Shown: positions 1-9,465, numbered from the stretch's first letter. The stretch: 64,000 nt of DNA from Minisyncoccota bacterium (GCA_041674285.1 JBAYVZ010000005.1:5176-69175), one strand, 5' to 3'. Numbers and translations: made by a program. The notes: generated by a model from the sequence alone, not told the origin.

Positions 1-813
1 CTGCACAGATCGGATATCAGCACCATTGGATAGTAAATCTGTGGCAAAGCTGTGGCGGATCACGTGAGGGGTGACCTTTTTAGATATACCTGCTTTGATG
101 GCATAGTATTTCACGATACGCTCGATCGATCGGGGAGTGAGGCGACCAGAATCTGAACGATTGCGAGAGTTCTTCACAAATAGTGGCTCGTCTAGATCCT
201 TTCTATTTTTTAAATATACTTTGATTGCCTCCTTGGCTGTAGGAGATAGGAATACTACTCGCACCTTTTCACCCTTTCCGCGGATAGAGAATTCGTCTTT
301 TGACAGATCCAGATCCCGATTCAATGAACATAATTCAGACAGACGGAGCCCAGTGGAGAAGAATAGTTCCAGTATCGCCTTGTCGCGAAGACCCTTTGGT
401 GTAGTCATTTCAGGTGCATTCATCAGGCGAGACAGTTCCTCGACTGATATCAGATCCAGATGTCGCTCTTTTATCTTGGCTAGTTCGATCTTGTCGGGGG
501 ATAGGGATGTGACACTGCGTTTCATCATGTATTTGAGGAATGCGCGCAATGCTATCAGATGATAGTTCTGTGTATTTTTCTTTAGTGTCGCCGAGGACTG
601 TCCACGGACTTTCATGCCTGGGAGTCTATTTATATGCAATCTGAATTCACGAATCATATCGTCGGTGATATCAATGGGATCTTTTGCTTTTGAAATTTCT
701 AAAAAGCGCGAGATATAGTGATCATAATTGCGCACAGTCAGTAGACTATTGCCCTTTTCTATCTCTACGTGCTCGAGGAATTCTCTTTTTAATTGTTCTA
801 ATCGTGTCGCCAT
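1..813 (-). CDS. Tyrosine site-specific recombinase, XerC/XerD-like. Start codon at 811-813; the C-terminal end runs off the window edge.
   Basis: The minus-strand translation begins MATRLEQLKREFLEHVEIEKGNSLLTVRNYDHYISRFL and contains LSELCSLNRDLDL, GKGEKVRVVFLS and HVIRHSFATDLLSNGADIRSVQ (the catalytic R..HxxR region of phage-integrase-family recombinases). It is absent from the ORF track only because it is open at the window edge. Confidence 0.75.
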   Translation of the reverse strand, partial: MATRLEQLKREFLEHVEIEKGNSLLTVRNYDHYISRFLEISKAKDPIDITDDMIREFRLHINRLPGMKVRGQSSATLKKNTQNYHLIALRAFLKYMMKRSVTSLSPDKIELAKIKERHLDLISVEELSRLMNAPEMTTPKGLRDKAILELFFSTGLRLSELCSLNRDLDLSKDEFSIRGKGEKVRVVFLSPTAKEAIKVYLKNRKDLDEPLFVKNSRNRSDSGRLTPRSIERIVKYYAIKAGISKKVTPHVIRHSFATDLLSNGADIRSVQ

Positions 814-850
814 AGTCGTACAATAATTTTACCACATATCTACGGATATT

Positions 851-1423
851 ATGTATAATAAATATATGAGAGAAATAGAAGTTAAAGCAAAAATAAAAGA
901 TAAGGAAAAATTACTCAAAAAGTTAGCGGACCTTGGCTTTGTTTTTGATTCAGAAAAACATCAACACGATAGAGTATACTTTCCAAATGGAGTAGAATTC
1001 ACCGGTTCAAATATTATTGGGCAAAATATCCTCAGAATTCGCACAGAAGAAAAAGACGGCAAGAAAAAATCAATGTTTGCATTGAAGTATTCTGCGAGTG
1101 CCGCCCTCGACAAGATAGAGAAGGAATTCGAGATAGGGGATACAGATCAGATGCATGAGGTAATAAAAATGCTAGGCCACTACCTATTCATCGAGATAAA
1201 GAAACACAGAAGGACAGGCAAGTATGGAGATTACGAGATATGCATAGATGAAGTAGAAGATCTCGGATCATTCATAGAAGTAGAAAAGATAGTAGAGGAG
1301 GACATCGCCGGAGACCAGATCCTAATAGAACTAGACGAATTCTTAAATACTCTCGATATCGACCATTCCGACAAGACAATCCACGGCTACGATATACTGA
1401 TGGGACAAAGAAAAAACATGTAA
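851..1423 (+). CDS. CYTH-domain protein (class IV adenylate cyclase / triphosphate tunnel metalloenzyme-like)
   Basis: The N-terminal EIEVKAKI motif resembles the CYTH EXEXK signature. The protein is about 190 aa and acidic with alternating charged strands. Judged by eye only. Confidence 0.4.
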   Translation: MYNKYMREIEVKAKIKDKEKLLKKLADLGFVFDSEKHQHDRVYFPNGVEFTGSNIIGQNILRIRTEEKDGKKKSMFALKYSASAALDKIEKEFEIGDTDQMHEVIKMLGHYLFIEIKKHRRTGKYGDYEICIDEVEDLGSFIEVEKIVEEDIAGDQILIELDEFLNTLDIDHSDKTIHGYDILMGQRKNM

Positions 1424-1473
1424 TAAACACATAGGTATAGGCCCTTGCAATTCTTTTTAATATGTGATACTAT

Positions 1474-1740
1474 ATGCACATGTTAACAACGAAGAAAAAG
1501 GCAAATATAATCAAGAAAAATCAGATTCACGACAAGGACACTGGCTCTCCAGAAGTTCAGATCGCTGTTATTACTGAGAAAATTGATGAACTTGCATCAC
1601 ATTTAAAGAAGCACAAGAAGGACAATCACTCTCGTCGTGGACTTATACAGATGGTTGCTGACCGTCGCAAGCACCTCAAGTACCTTGAGAAGACAGACAA
1701 GACTCGTCACGAGACAGTAGCTAAAAAATTAAAAGCATAA
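1474..1740 (+). CDS. rpsO: 30S ribosomal protein S15
   Basis: 88 aa; TGSPEVQIAVITEKIDELASHLKKHKKDNHSRRGL matches the conserved S15 core. Confidence 0.9.
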   Translation: MHMLTTKKKANIIKKNQIHDKDTGSPEVQIAVITEKIDELASHLKKHKKDNHSRRGLIQMVADRRKHLKYLEKTDKTRHETVAKKLKA

Positions 1741-1743
1741 TTA

Positions 1744-1776
1744 AAACATCTCGACTAACCTCGAGATGTTTTAATT
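1744..1776 (+). terminator. Rho-independent terminator after rpsO
   Basis: 12-bp hairpin AAAACATCTCGA-ctaacc-TCGAGATGTTTT followed by a T-rich run. Confidence 0.55.
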
Positions 1777-1777
1777 T

Positions 1778-1899
1778 GGTCCCGTTAGAGATGCGTTGTT
1801 GTAAATTTACGGGATAGTGTAAAATAAGAAGAGGAACATATTATTAACAATAATTAACAAGATACGGAAGTCTTTGGACTTCCTATCTCTAACGGGATG
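1778..1899 (+). repeat. A-element copy A1 (about 122 nt; TIR CCCGTTAGAGAT / ATCTCTAACGGG; ends on the ATG of the NYN gene)
   Basis: 5' arm at 1781-1792, subterminal hairpin GGAAGTC-tttg-GACTTCC, 3' arm at 1885-1896, ATG at 1897. Confidence 0.8.
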
Positions 1900-2400
1900 A
1901 TAATCAAACATAAAGAACAAAGAGTTGGAGTGTTTATTGACACAGCCAATCTATATCACAGCGCAAAAAACCTCTATAAGAGAAAGGTAAACTTTGGTGC
2001 TGTACTAAAAGACGCAGTAGCAGGACGTAAACTAGTCCGTGCAACAGCATACGTGATCACTAGTGAGGGAGGCGACGAAAAGAGTTTCTTTGAAGCTCTC
2101 ACAAAGCTAGGCATAGAGACAAAGACAAAAGACCTCCAAGTATTTTCAGGTGGAGCAAAGAAGGGCGACTGGGATGTAGGTATAGCAGTAGATGCTATGA
2201 AGATGGCACCCCGTCTCGATGCAGTAGTACTAGTAGCAGGAGATGGGGACTTTATCCCTCTCGTAGAGTACCTCCGAAATACATATGGCACACAAGTAGA
2301 AGTGGTTTCATTTGGGAAATCTGCTTCTATGAAACTAAAAGAAGCTGCCGATGACTTCCTAGACTTATCAGTGAGTCCTCAAAAATACCTAATGAGATAA
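1897..2400 (+). CDS. NYN/LabA-like (DUF88) domain protein
   Basis: VGVFIDTANLYHSAK ... VLVAGDGDFIPLVEYLR ... VEVVSF is the typical NYN/LabA pattern. Confidence 0.55.
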   Translation: MIIKHKEQRVGVFIDTANLYHSAKNLYKRKVNFGAVLKDAVAGRKLVRATAYVITSEGGDEKSFFEALTKLGIETKTKDLQVFSGGAKKGDWDVGIAVDAMKMAPRLDAVVLVAGDGDFIPLVEYLRNTYGTQVEVVSFGKSASMKLKEAADDFLDLSVSPQKYLMR

Positions 2401-2405
2401 ATTGT

Positions 2406-3320
2406 ATGGAAAAGCTTTGGCCAATCACATTAACGAGGAAAATATCTGATATACACTGCGGTGGTTTCACCATGGCAGAGGAAGAGAGTCTCGGCTTCAA
2501 AGCAGGTGAATTATTTGAGGCACCGAATGAGCTTTTTGAACTAGTGACATTTCACAAGAAAAATCTTTCAACAAATTTACATAAATACAAAGAGGTAATA
2601 ATAAAAAATAACGATTACACCGAGGTCAGACCTGGGGTTTTTGCTCATGCAGGTGCAGTTATAGATGAGCAAGTGGTCTTTAATACAAAAAATGGCTTGG
2701 TCATAGTAGAAAAAGGGGCGCATATAAATCCATTTAATTATATAGCTGGGCCAGTACGTATAGACGAGAGTGCGACAATTAACCCGCATTCAAATATTTC
2801 AAATTCTTATATAGGTAAATACTGCAAAGTGGGAGGTGAAGTCTCAAATTCTATAATAGAGTCATACAGCAACAAAGGTCATCATGGATACCTGGGTGAT
2901 AGTTATGTAGGCTCATGGGTAAATATCGGTGGGGGCGCGTCAACATCAAATCTTAAAAATACATACGGAAAGATAAAGCTAGGTGGGGTAGAGACCGGGG
3001 AGCAATTCCTAGGATCAGTCATCGCCGACCATGCAAAAATAGCCATAAATGTATCTATATATACAGGAAAAGTAATCGGCGTGGCCGCTCACGTATATGA
3101 CACAGTCACAATAGATGTGCCCTCATTTACAAATTATATTTCAAAAGAAAATATGACTATTTTACCCGTTGATATAGCAGTAAAAATAGCAGGACGAATG
3201 CAAGAACGTCGGGGTATAAATACTATAGAGGAGGACAAAGCTATGCTATCATATGCTTATAATGCCACCGAAGGTGAACGAAAGAGTGCTGGCGTTACAG
3301 AAGGTAAATTAGCATTTTAA
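2406..3320 (+). CDS. Left-handed beta-helix (hexapeptide-repeat) protein; putative sugar nucleotidyl- or acyl-transferase family
   Basis: Repeating [LIV]G-x4 hexapeptides (IGKYCKVGGEVSNSII, VGSWVNIGGGAS, IAINVSIYTGKVIGVAA). Specificity is not determinable. The start may be the internal Met at 2469. Confidence 0.4.
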   Translation: MEKLWPITLTRKISDIHCGGFTMAEEESLGFKAGELFEAPNELFELVTFHKKNLSTNLHKYKEVIIKNNDYTEVRPGVFAHAGAVIDEQVVFNTKNGLVIVEKGAHINPFNYIAGPVRIDESATINPHSNISNSYIGKYCKVGGEVSNSIIESYSNKGHHGYLGDSYVGSWVNIGGGASTSNLKNTYGKIKLGGVETGEQFLGSVIADHAKIAINVSIYTGKVIGVAAHVYDTVTIDVPSFTNYISKENMTILPVDIAVKIAGRMQERRGINTIEEDKAMLSYAYNATEGERKSAGVTEGKLAF

Positions 3321-3340
3321 ACCAAAAAATTGCAAATTTT

Positions 3341-3446
3341 TTCTTCGCATATCTTTTCTAGGGTACACAAATTTTTTGCTAAAAATTTGTGAGAGTCTAG
3401 CGCCGGTCGCGCTGTAGAAGCCCCTAAAAAAGATAAGCGTGCGACA
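3341..3446 (+). repeat. B-element copy B1 (about 105 nt structured repeat)
   Basis: TTCTTCGCATATCTTTTCTAGGG ... hairpin CACAAATTTTT-tgct-AAAAATTTGTG ... GCGCC-ggtc-GCGC ... CCCCTAAAAAAGATAAGCGTGCGACA. Flanked by the imperfect direct repeat TTGCAAATTTT / ATTTGCAATTTTT. Confidence 0.7.
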
Positions 3447-4416
3447 ATTTGCAATTTTTAATAAAACTATGTCAAAAATTTTAATTATTGGGGCGTGCGG
3501 TCAGATAGGGGTAGAGCTTACTTTGGCCCTACGAAAGATTCATGGTAATGAAAATGTAATAGCATCTGATATCCGTGGAGAGCATGCCATGCTCGCAGGT
3601 ACTGGACCATATTACACACTAGATGCTACTGACGCAGAGGGGACTCGAGCGATAGTAGAAAAAGAAGGAGTCACAGATATATACTTACTCGCTGCATTAC
3701 TATCTGCAACAGGGGAGAAGAATCCAAAGCTATGCTGGGATTTGAACATGAATAGTCTCAGACAAATTCTAGATCTAGGGGTAGAAAAGAAATTAAAAAT
3801 CTTTTGGCCTAGCTCTATCGCAGTATTCGGACCGACAACACCTAGAGAAAATACACAACTTCACACTATCATCGAGCCTACTACTATGTACGGAGTGACA
3901 AAGTACGCAGGTGAGATGCTCTGCCAATACTATGCAAATAAATTCGGACTAGATGTCCGCTCTGTGCGATACCCGGGCCTCATCAGCTGGAAGAGTGAAC
4001 CAGGTGGTGGAACTACAGACTATGCAGTAGAGATATTTTATGAAGCTATCAAGAATAAAAAATATTCTTGCTTCCTCTCAGAAAATACTTATCTACCGAT
4101 GATGTATATGGATGATGCGATCCGTGCGACGATCGAGCTGATGCAGGCGCCACTTGAAAATATAAAGACTCGAATGTCATACAACTTATCTGCAATTAGC
4201 TTTTCTCCTACTGAGATAGCAGGTGAATTGAAAAAGCACATGCCAGAATTTGAGATATCTTATGCTCCGGATCACCGCCAAGCTATCGCCAACTCTTGGC
4301 CTGCATCTATCGATGATTCTGATGCACGTGCAGACTGGGGATGGAAGCATGAATTTGATCTAGAAAAAATGACAGAGGTAATGCTTGAGAATTTAAAAAA
4401 TAAATTAGCCAAATAG
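3439..4416 (+). CDS. tdh: L-threonine 3-dehydrogenase (NAD-dependent epimerase/dehydratase-fold type)
   Basis: N-terminal Rossmann ILIIGACGQIGVEL and the catalytic YGVTKYAGEMLCQYY motif. It is followed by kbl, and the two form the threonine-to-glycine pathway. The real start is probably the Met at 3469 (MSKILIIG), because the 5' extension overlaps copy B1. Confidence 0.6.
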   Translation: MRQFAIFNKTMSKILIIGACGQIGVELTLALRKIHGNENVIASDIRGEHAMLAGTGPYYTLDATDAEGTRAIVEKEGVTDIYLLAALLSATGEKNPKLCWDLNMNSLRQILDLGVEKKLKIFWPSSIAVFGPTTPRENTQLHTIIEPTTMYGVTKYAGEMLCQYYANKFGLDVRSVRYPGLISWKSEPGGGTTDYAVEIFYEAIKNKKYSCFLSENTYLPMMYMDDAIRATIELMQAPLENIKTRMSYNLSAISFSPTEIAGELKKHMPEFEISYAPDHRQAIANSWPASIDDSDARADWGWKHEFDLEKMTEVMLENLKNKLAK

Positions 4417-4429
4417 ATACTATAAATTC

Positions 4430-4537
4430 GTCGCACGTGTATCTTTTTTAAGGGCTTCTGCAGCGCGACTGGCGCGAAGCCTGAGTAAATTTTTAGCAAA
4501 AAATTTACGTACCTTAAAAAAGATATACGAAGAAAGA
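4430..4537 (-). repeat. B-element copy B2 (opposite orientation to B1/B3) between tdh and kbl
   Basis: The reverse complement aligns to B1/B3 along its length (GTAAATTTTT-agca-AAAAATTTAC hairpin and the GCGCGACTGGCGC hairpin). Flanked by the direct repeat TATAAATT. Confidence 0.7.
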
Positions 4538-4554
4538 ATTTATAAATTATTCAT

Positions 4555-5763
4555 ATGTACACAAAAAAATTTACAGAGTCACTCTCTCTTGATTTGAAAA
4601 ATATCGAAGAGAGTGGAAAGTTCAAAAAAGAAAAGATGATCGAGAGAGTTCAAGGTTCTCATATCAAGATAGGGGAGCAGGATTTTATCATGTACGCCTC
4701 AAACAATTATCTCGGACTAGCAGGTAGTAAATTCTCAACAGATGCAAACAAAGAGGGATTGGAGAAATACGGTTTTGGTATGGCATCGGTCAGATTCCTA
4801 TCCGGCACTCAGACTATACATAGACAACTAGAGGAGAGGATAGCAAAATTCATCGGCACAGAAGATGCGATCATATATTCTACAGGATTCATGGCCAACC
4901 TTGGATTGTTTGCTACGATAATAAATGAACCTCGTGGAAGTGAAGCTCCCTACAAAGATGTTATATATAGCGATGCAAACAATCATGCTTCAATCATCGA
5001 TGCATTCAAGCTCTGCAAAAAAGAAAATCTAGACAAGAGAATCTACAAGGGTGGGGACCTAGCGATGCTTGAGCAATTCCTGTCAGAAGATAAAGATAAA
5101 AATTACAGAACAAAGATTATCGCTACGGACGGGATATTCAGCATGGAGGGGAATTCTGCTGATTTGAAAAAGCTTGTAGATCTAGCTGAAAAGTACGAGG
5201 CCCTACTATTTGTAGACGACGCACACGGTATAGGAGTGATGGGTGATCTCGGAAGAGGTACACCAGAGAGCTGTGATGCACTCGGGAAAGTGGACATCGT
5301 ATCTGGTACATTTGGCAAGGCGCTCGGTGGAGCAGTCGGTGGGTATATAGGAGGTAGTAGAGAGCTCGTAGAATATCTGCGACAAAAATCTCGCACATAC
5401 CTATTCTCAAATGCGATGCCAGCATCGATAGCATACACGGGGATAAAGACACTTGACCTACTAGAGAGCGATGATACACCAATCAAAAAAGTAAAAGAAA
5501 ATGCATTATACTTCAGACAGAAACTCGAAGAGAACAATCTGCCGACACTGCACGGCAATCATGCTATCGTCCCACTGATGATAGGTGATGCGAACAAAGC
5601 AGCCGAGATGTCTAGAAAACTTTTTGATGATGGTATCTATGCAGTCTCACTATCATTCCCAGTAGTACCAGAGGGCGAAGCACGAATCAGATTCCAACTT
5701 TCTGCACTACATACAAAAGAGGACATAGACGAGACAATAGAAAAAATAAAGAAACTATACTAA
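4555..5763 (+). CDS. kbl: 2-amino-3-ketobutyrate CoA ligase (glycine C-acetyltransferase); alpha-oxoamine synthase family
   Basis: 402 aa PLP fold-type I; SNNYLGL, STGFMANLG and FSMEG...DDAHG motifs. Its position beside tdh favours Kbl over BioF. Confidence 0.6.
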   Translation: MYTKKFTESLSLDLKNIEESGKFKKEKMIERVQGSHIKIGEQDFIMYASNNYLGLAGSKFSTDANKEGLEKYGFGMASVRFLSGTQTIHRQLEERIAKFIGTEDAIIYSTGFMANLGLFATIINEPRGSEAPYKDVIYSDANNHASIIDAFKLCKKENLDKRIYKGGDLAMLEQFLSEDKDKNYRTKIIATDGIFSMEGNSADLKKLVDLAEKYEALLFVDDAHGIGVMGDLGRGTPESCDALGKVDIVSGTFGKALGGAVGGYIGGSRELVEYLRQKSRTYLFSNAMPASIAYTGIKTLDLLESDDTPIKKVKENALYFRQKLEENNLPTLHGNHAIVPLMIGDANKAAEMSRKLFDDGIYAVSLSFPVVPEGEARIRFQLSALHTKEDIDETIEKIKKLY

Positions 5764-5800
5764 AAAAATAAAAGCCACAATTGTGGCTTTTATTTTTTTA
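5764..5800. terminator. Bidirectional hairpin terminator between convergent kbl and glmS
   Basis: AAAAGCCACAATTGTGGCTTTT is a perfect hairpin flanked by A-runs and T-runs on both sides. Confidence 0.6.
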
Positions 5801-7660
5801 TTCTACTGTTACGCTCTTTGCTAAATTACGAGGCTTGTCTACATCTGCTCCACGTAGTACTGCCGTATGATATGCCAGTAGCTGTAGTGGTATCACAGAT
5901 AGTATCGGTATCCACTCATCAGGAACATTTGGAATCTCGACAATGTGATCAAAAATATTTTTCAATTCTTCGTTGCCACTGCGTACTATACCGATAGTCA
6001 GCGCTCCACGAGCTTTGACCTCTTGGACATTTGATATTACTTTTTCAATCAATGCATTATTTGTAGCGACTACAATAACAGGGAAATCTTTTTCTACTAG
6101 TGCTATAGGACCATGCTTCATCTCTGCTGCTGGATAACCCTCAGCATGGATATAAGAAATCTCTTTTAATTTCAACGCCCCCTCGAGTGCGACAGGGAAT
6201 AGTACTCCGCGCCCCAGGAACAATGCATTATCTTTTTCTTTTAAAATCTCGGCGATCTTTTTAACCTTTCCTTCTTCTTTCAATACTTGCTCTACCTTGT
6301 CTCCGATAGTAGACAATTCTTGAACCAAGAATACATATTCATCATGGCCTAGAGTGTCGCGATCTTTTGCTAGTAGTAGAGAGAGTAGTGATAGTATCAC
6401 AGCCTGACCAGTAAAAGCTTTTGTCGATGCTACTCCGATCTCGGGACCGACGTGGATATATGAACCTGCGTCAGTGATACGTGCGATAGATGAGCCGACT
6501 ACATTTGATATACCATATGTCATAGCACCGGATTCACGAGCGATCTGTAGTGCAGCTAGTGTATCTGCTGTCTCTCCGGATTGTGATATAGCTATTACGA
6601 TATCGTCTTTGTAAATTATCGGATTGCGATAACGGAACTCTGATGCATACTCTACTTCTACTGGAATCCTAGCTAGAGTCTCTATCAGATATTCACCGAC
6701 GAGCCCTGCGATCCAAGATGTGCCACAAGCAGTGATGATGATCCTCTTTGCATTTTTAAATTTATCAGCCATCTCTTCTATTCCACGTAGATGCACAGTA
6801 TTATCGGGCAGTATGTGGCCACGGAGTGCGTCGTGTATAGTACGAGCCTGCTCAAAAATTTCTTTTTGCATATAGTGATCGTATCCACCTTTTTCCAGCA
6901 TCTCAGCTTCGATATTCAGCTCCTCTATGAATGGAGTATGAGCTACACCATCGATAGACTTTACATAGAATTCACCATTACGCATTACTTTTGCCATATG
7001 ACCATCTTCTAGGTAGATCACACTCTTTGTGTACTCTACGATAGGGGACGCATCCGAAGCGATAAAAAATTCTTTTTCTCCGATGCCGATCACGAGTGGG
7101 CTACCCTTGCGTGCTACGATCAATGTATCGGGATCTTTTTCGTCTAGCACTACGATCGCATAAGCTCCTACTACCTGAGATAGGGCCTCGCGAACAGCCT
7201 CTTCGGTACTTAGATTGTCCTTTATTTTTACTTTTTCTATCAGACGGGCAAGGACTTCTGTATCAGTGTCACTCTTGAAAGTATCTCCATCTTTGAGGAG
7301 GGCAGTCTTTAAAGTAAGATAATTTTCTATAATACCGTTATGTATCAAGGCTATAGACCCAGATTCTGAGAGGTGGGGGTGAGCATTGCGATCCTCTGGT
7401 GCACCATGGGTGGCCCAGCGAGTATGACCTATGCCTATATTCCCAGCAGGATTATGGTCTTTTGCATACTTAAAAAGCTCGGCAACCTTGCCTTTCTTCT
7501 TGAAAACATTCATTTTTCCATCTAGAAGTGCAACTCCAGCTGAATCATACCCTCTATATTCGAGCCTTTCTAAACCCTTTATAATAATGGGAAAGGCTTC
7601 TCTTTTTCCTATGTATCCGATTATTCCACACATATAATATAATAAGCGGGCCAAATCCAT
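5798..7660 (-). CDS. glmS: Glutamine--fructose-6-phosphate aminotransferase (isomerizing)
   Basis: MCGIIGY N-terminal nucleophile glutaminase domain plus two SIS domains. The real start is probably the MCGIIGY Met at about 7633. Confidence 0.9.
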   Translation of the reverse strand: MDLARLLYYMCGIIGYIGKREAFPIIIKGLERLEYRGYDSAGVALLDGKMNVFKKKGKVAELFKYAKDHNPAGNIGIGHTRWATHGAPEDRNAHPHLSESGSIALIHNGIIENYLTLKTALLKDGDTFKSDTDTEVLARLIEKVKIKDNLSTEEAVREALSQVVGAYAIVVLDEKDPDTLIVARKGSPLVIGIGEKEFFIASDASPIVEYTKSVIYLEDGHMAKVMRNGEFYVKSIDGVAHTPFIEELNIEAEMLEKGGYDHYMQKEIFEQARTIHDALRGHILPDNTVHLRGIEEMADKFKNAKRIIITACGTSWIAGLVGEYLIETLARIPVEVEYASEFRYRNPIIYKDDIVIAISQSGETADTLAALQIARESGAMTYGISNVVGSSIARITDAGSYIHVGPEIGVASTKAFTGQAVILSLLSLLLAKDRDTLGHDEYVFLVQELSTIGDKVEQVLKEEGKVKKIAEILKEKDNALFLGRGVLFPVALEGALKLKEISYIHAEGYPAAEMKHGPIALVEKDFPVIVVATNNALIEKVISNVQEVKARGALTIGIVRSGNEELKNIFDHIVEIPNVPDEWIPILSVIPLQLLAYHTAVLRGADVDKPRNLAKSVTVE

Positions 7661-7799
7661 CTGCTTTGTTGTCGATTCCGTTTACTCCCGCAATGTAGAT
7701 AACTACATCTTGGTCATAATACTCATCGACGCCTCGCATCTGCATTCGTCCGGCTGATTATATGATTATACATTTAAACCATTTATTTTAAAAATCCTT

Positions 7800-7904
7800 T
7801 CTTCGCATATCTTTTCTAGGGTACGTAAATTTTTTGCTAAAAATTTACTCAGGCTTCGCGCCAGTTGCGCTGTAGAAGCCCCTAAAAAAGATACGCGTGC
7901 GACA
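7800..7904 (+). repeat. B-element copy B3
   Basis: Near-identical to B1. The hairpin co-varies (GTAAATTTTT-tgct-AAAAATTTAC versus CACAAATTTTT/AAAAATTTGTG in B1). Confidence 0.7.
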
Positions 7905-7933
7905 GATTTTGCAAAATGATAAAATATAAAGAA

Positions 7934-8057
7934 GGTCCCGTTAGAAGTCATATATGTCATTCAAGCTACGGAGACTGTTTAAATAAATTATTTATATTCG
8001 ATATTATTAGTTAAATTATGTACGATAATCTAAAGATTATCTACTTCTAACGGGATG
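7934..8057 (+). repeat. A-element copy A2 (TIR variant CCCGTTAGAAGT / ACTTCTAACGGG)
   Basis: Arms at 7937-7948 and 8043-8054 with a compensatory AGT/ACT change; subterminal hairpin GATAATCT-aaa-GATTATC; ATG at 8055. Confidence 0.8.
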
Positions 8058-9080
8058 TTAAAAAACGATATTAAAAAATACGATTCAAAGAATGTACTAG
8101 CTTCAGTCGAGCTTTTTTATGCCCAATGCAAAAAATCATGGGACACGACTATTTATAAAAATGATAAGAATGAGATATCAAATATATTAGTCATAGGTAT
8201 GGGTGGATCCGCACTGGGTGCACAGATAATACAGTCACTAAATATATTGAAGGTGCCTATGCATATATCAAATGAGTACACGATACCAGAATGGGTAAAT
8301 AAAAATACCTTGGTCTTGGCGATGAGCTACTCTGGTAGCACAGAGGAGACAGTCGAGGCACTGAACTATGCATTAACAAAAAAGGCAAACATCGTAGGTA
8401 TAACTACGGGAGGTAAACTAGCAGAAATCTTGAAAAAGAAAAAGCTTCCACTATGCCTGATCGACAAGACGGACAATCCCTGCGGTCAACCAAGATTTGC
8501 AGTGGGGTCTATGATGATGATCATGCTGCGAATTTTTATCCATCACAAATTGTGCAGATTAAATACAAAAGATATAACGGGGGCACTTTCAGAATTGGAA
8601 AATGAAAAGGTGCTAAATGATAAATCTCTAGAAAAAAAATATAATCAGATAAACAAATTAAAAGACAAGATCCTCGTACTAGTATACGCCGAGCATCTAT
8701 CCCATGTCGGACTATTCGCCAGGAATCAGATTCACGAGACATCAAAAACTTTTGCAGTCACACACAATATACCAGAGCTGAATCATCATCTGATGGAGGG
8801 ACTATCATACCCCGCAGTAAATAAAATTATTCTGCATTTTATATTTACAGAATCCACACTCTACAGTGACAAAATACAAAAGAGAATCAGTGTGACAAAA
8901 GAAGTACTAAAAAAACAAAAGATAAAATCAAGTGTAGTAGAGGCGAGAGGGGGCAGTCATCTATCTGAAATATTGATCCAGATACTAGACTCTATGTATT
9001 TTGCTTATCTACTAGGGATAGCAAATAAAAAAGACCCGAGTGACATCCGCTGGGTAGATTATTTTAAGGCACGGATATAA
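8055..9080 (+). CDS. SIS-domain bifunctional phosphoglucose/phosphomannose isomerase-like protein
   Basis: ILVIGMGGSALGAQII and VLAMSYSGSTEET SIS motifs; 341 aa, archaeal/CPR-type PGI/PMI architecture. Confidence 0.55.
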   Translation: MLKNDIKKYDSKNVLASVELFYAQCKKSWDTTIYKNDKNEISNILVIGMGGSALGAQIIQSLNILKVPMHISNEYTIPEWVNKNTLVLAMSYSGSTEETVEALNYALTKKANIVGITTGGKLAEILKKKKLPLCLIDKTDNPCGQPRFAVGSMMMIMLRIFIHHKLCRLNTKDITGALSELENEKVLNDKSLEKKYNQINKLKDKILVLVYAEHLSHVGLFARNQIHETSKTFAVTHNIPELNHHLMEGLSYPAVNKIILHFIFTESTLYSDKIQKRISVTKEVLKKQKIKSSVVEARGGSHLSEILIQILDSMYFAYLLGIANKKDPSDIRWVDYFKARI

Positions 9081-9127
9081 TTGACATAATCAACATAGTA
9101 ATCTACAATCATAAAAACGCTATAATT

Positions 9128-9280
9128 ATGATCACTTTTATTAAATGGGTGGTAATTATAGTCATAATAATTATCATCTACAGATTTGTAAAAAACTATG
9201 GATATTATCTATACATTCGTGGACCTATCGACAGAAAACCGAGATGGAAAACAGTATGGAAAGTATTAACTAAAAAATGA
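9128..9280 (+). CDS. Small (50 aa) hydrophobic membrane peptide, hypothetical
   Basis: MITFIKWVVIIVIIIIIYRFVK... has a single TM and is followed immediately by a terminator. It is below the ORF-track length cutoff. Confidence 0.3.
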   Translation: MITFIKWVVIIVIIIIIYRFVKNYGYYLYIRGPIDRKPRWKTVWKVLTKK

Positions 9281-9306
9281 CCGTACCAAAAGTACGGTTA
9301 TTTTTA
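9281..9306 (+). terminator. Rho-independent terminator
   Basis: CCGTAC-caaaa-GTACGG followed by TTATTTTTA. Confidence 0.55.
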
Positions 9307-9465
9307 TCCCTTTAAAAAAAGGCTGTTTTCTGCTAATATACTTATATTAGTATGTTAATCAGCTTTCCTCCGGACAATTAGAGTTGAAACCTACATTAAG
9401 GAAGTCGGACTTCATTAAATACAGGGTGTTTCAAAGCTAGAGTCTGGAGAAAAGCTATATATAGT

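Noticed and set aside
137-562. 141-aa plus-strand ORF from the track, along with many other 60-200-aa ORFs listed opposite large genes (for example 1974-2291, 5103-5558, 9690-10339, 40808-41404, 49000-49629).
   Set aside because: They lie antisense to, or out of frame within, strongly supported genes (xer recombinase, pnp, PBP and others). They have low-complexity or Ser/Arg/Pro-rich translations typical of AT-rich antisense frames, and no motifs.
4272-4499. ORFs called inside B-elements (4272-4499 minus; 7766-7960 minus; 13195-13380 minus).
   Set aside because: They are created by the repeat sequence itself and differ between copies in frame. No coding signal.
7634-7799. glmS ribozyme in the glmS 5' leader (minus strand).
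   Set aside because: I cannot find the conserved core strings (for example UUGACGAGGAUGGAGG or CGGCGGAUGCCUCCCGGCUG). Only vague resemblance (cgtcgatgag, cgggag). A covariance-model scan is needed to be sure.
9300-9465. Possible structured pnp leader (RNase III autoregulatory hairpin).
   Set aside because: Some short complementary segments, but I could not define a convincing long stem by eye. Left unannotated.
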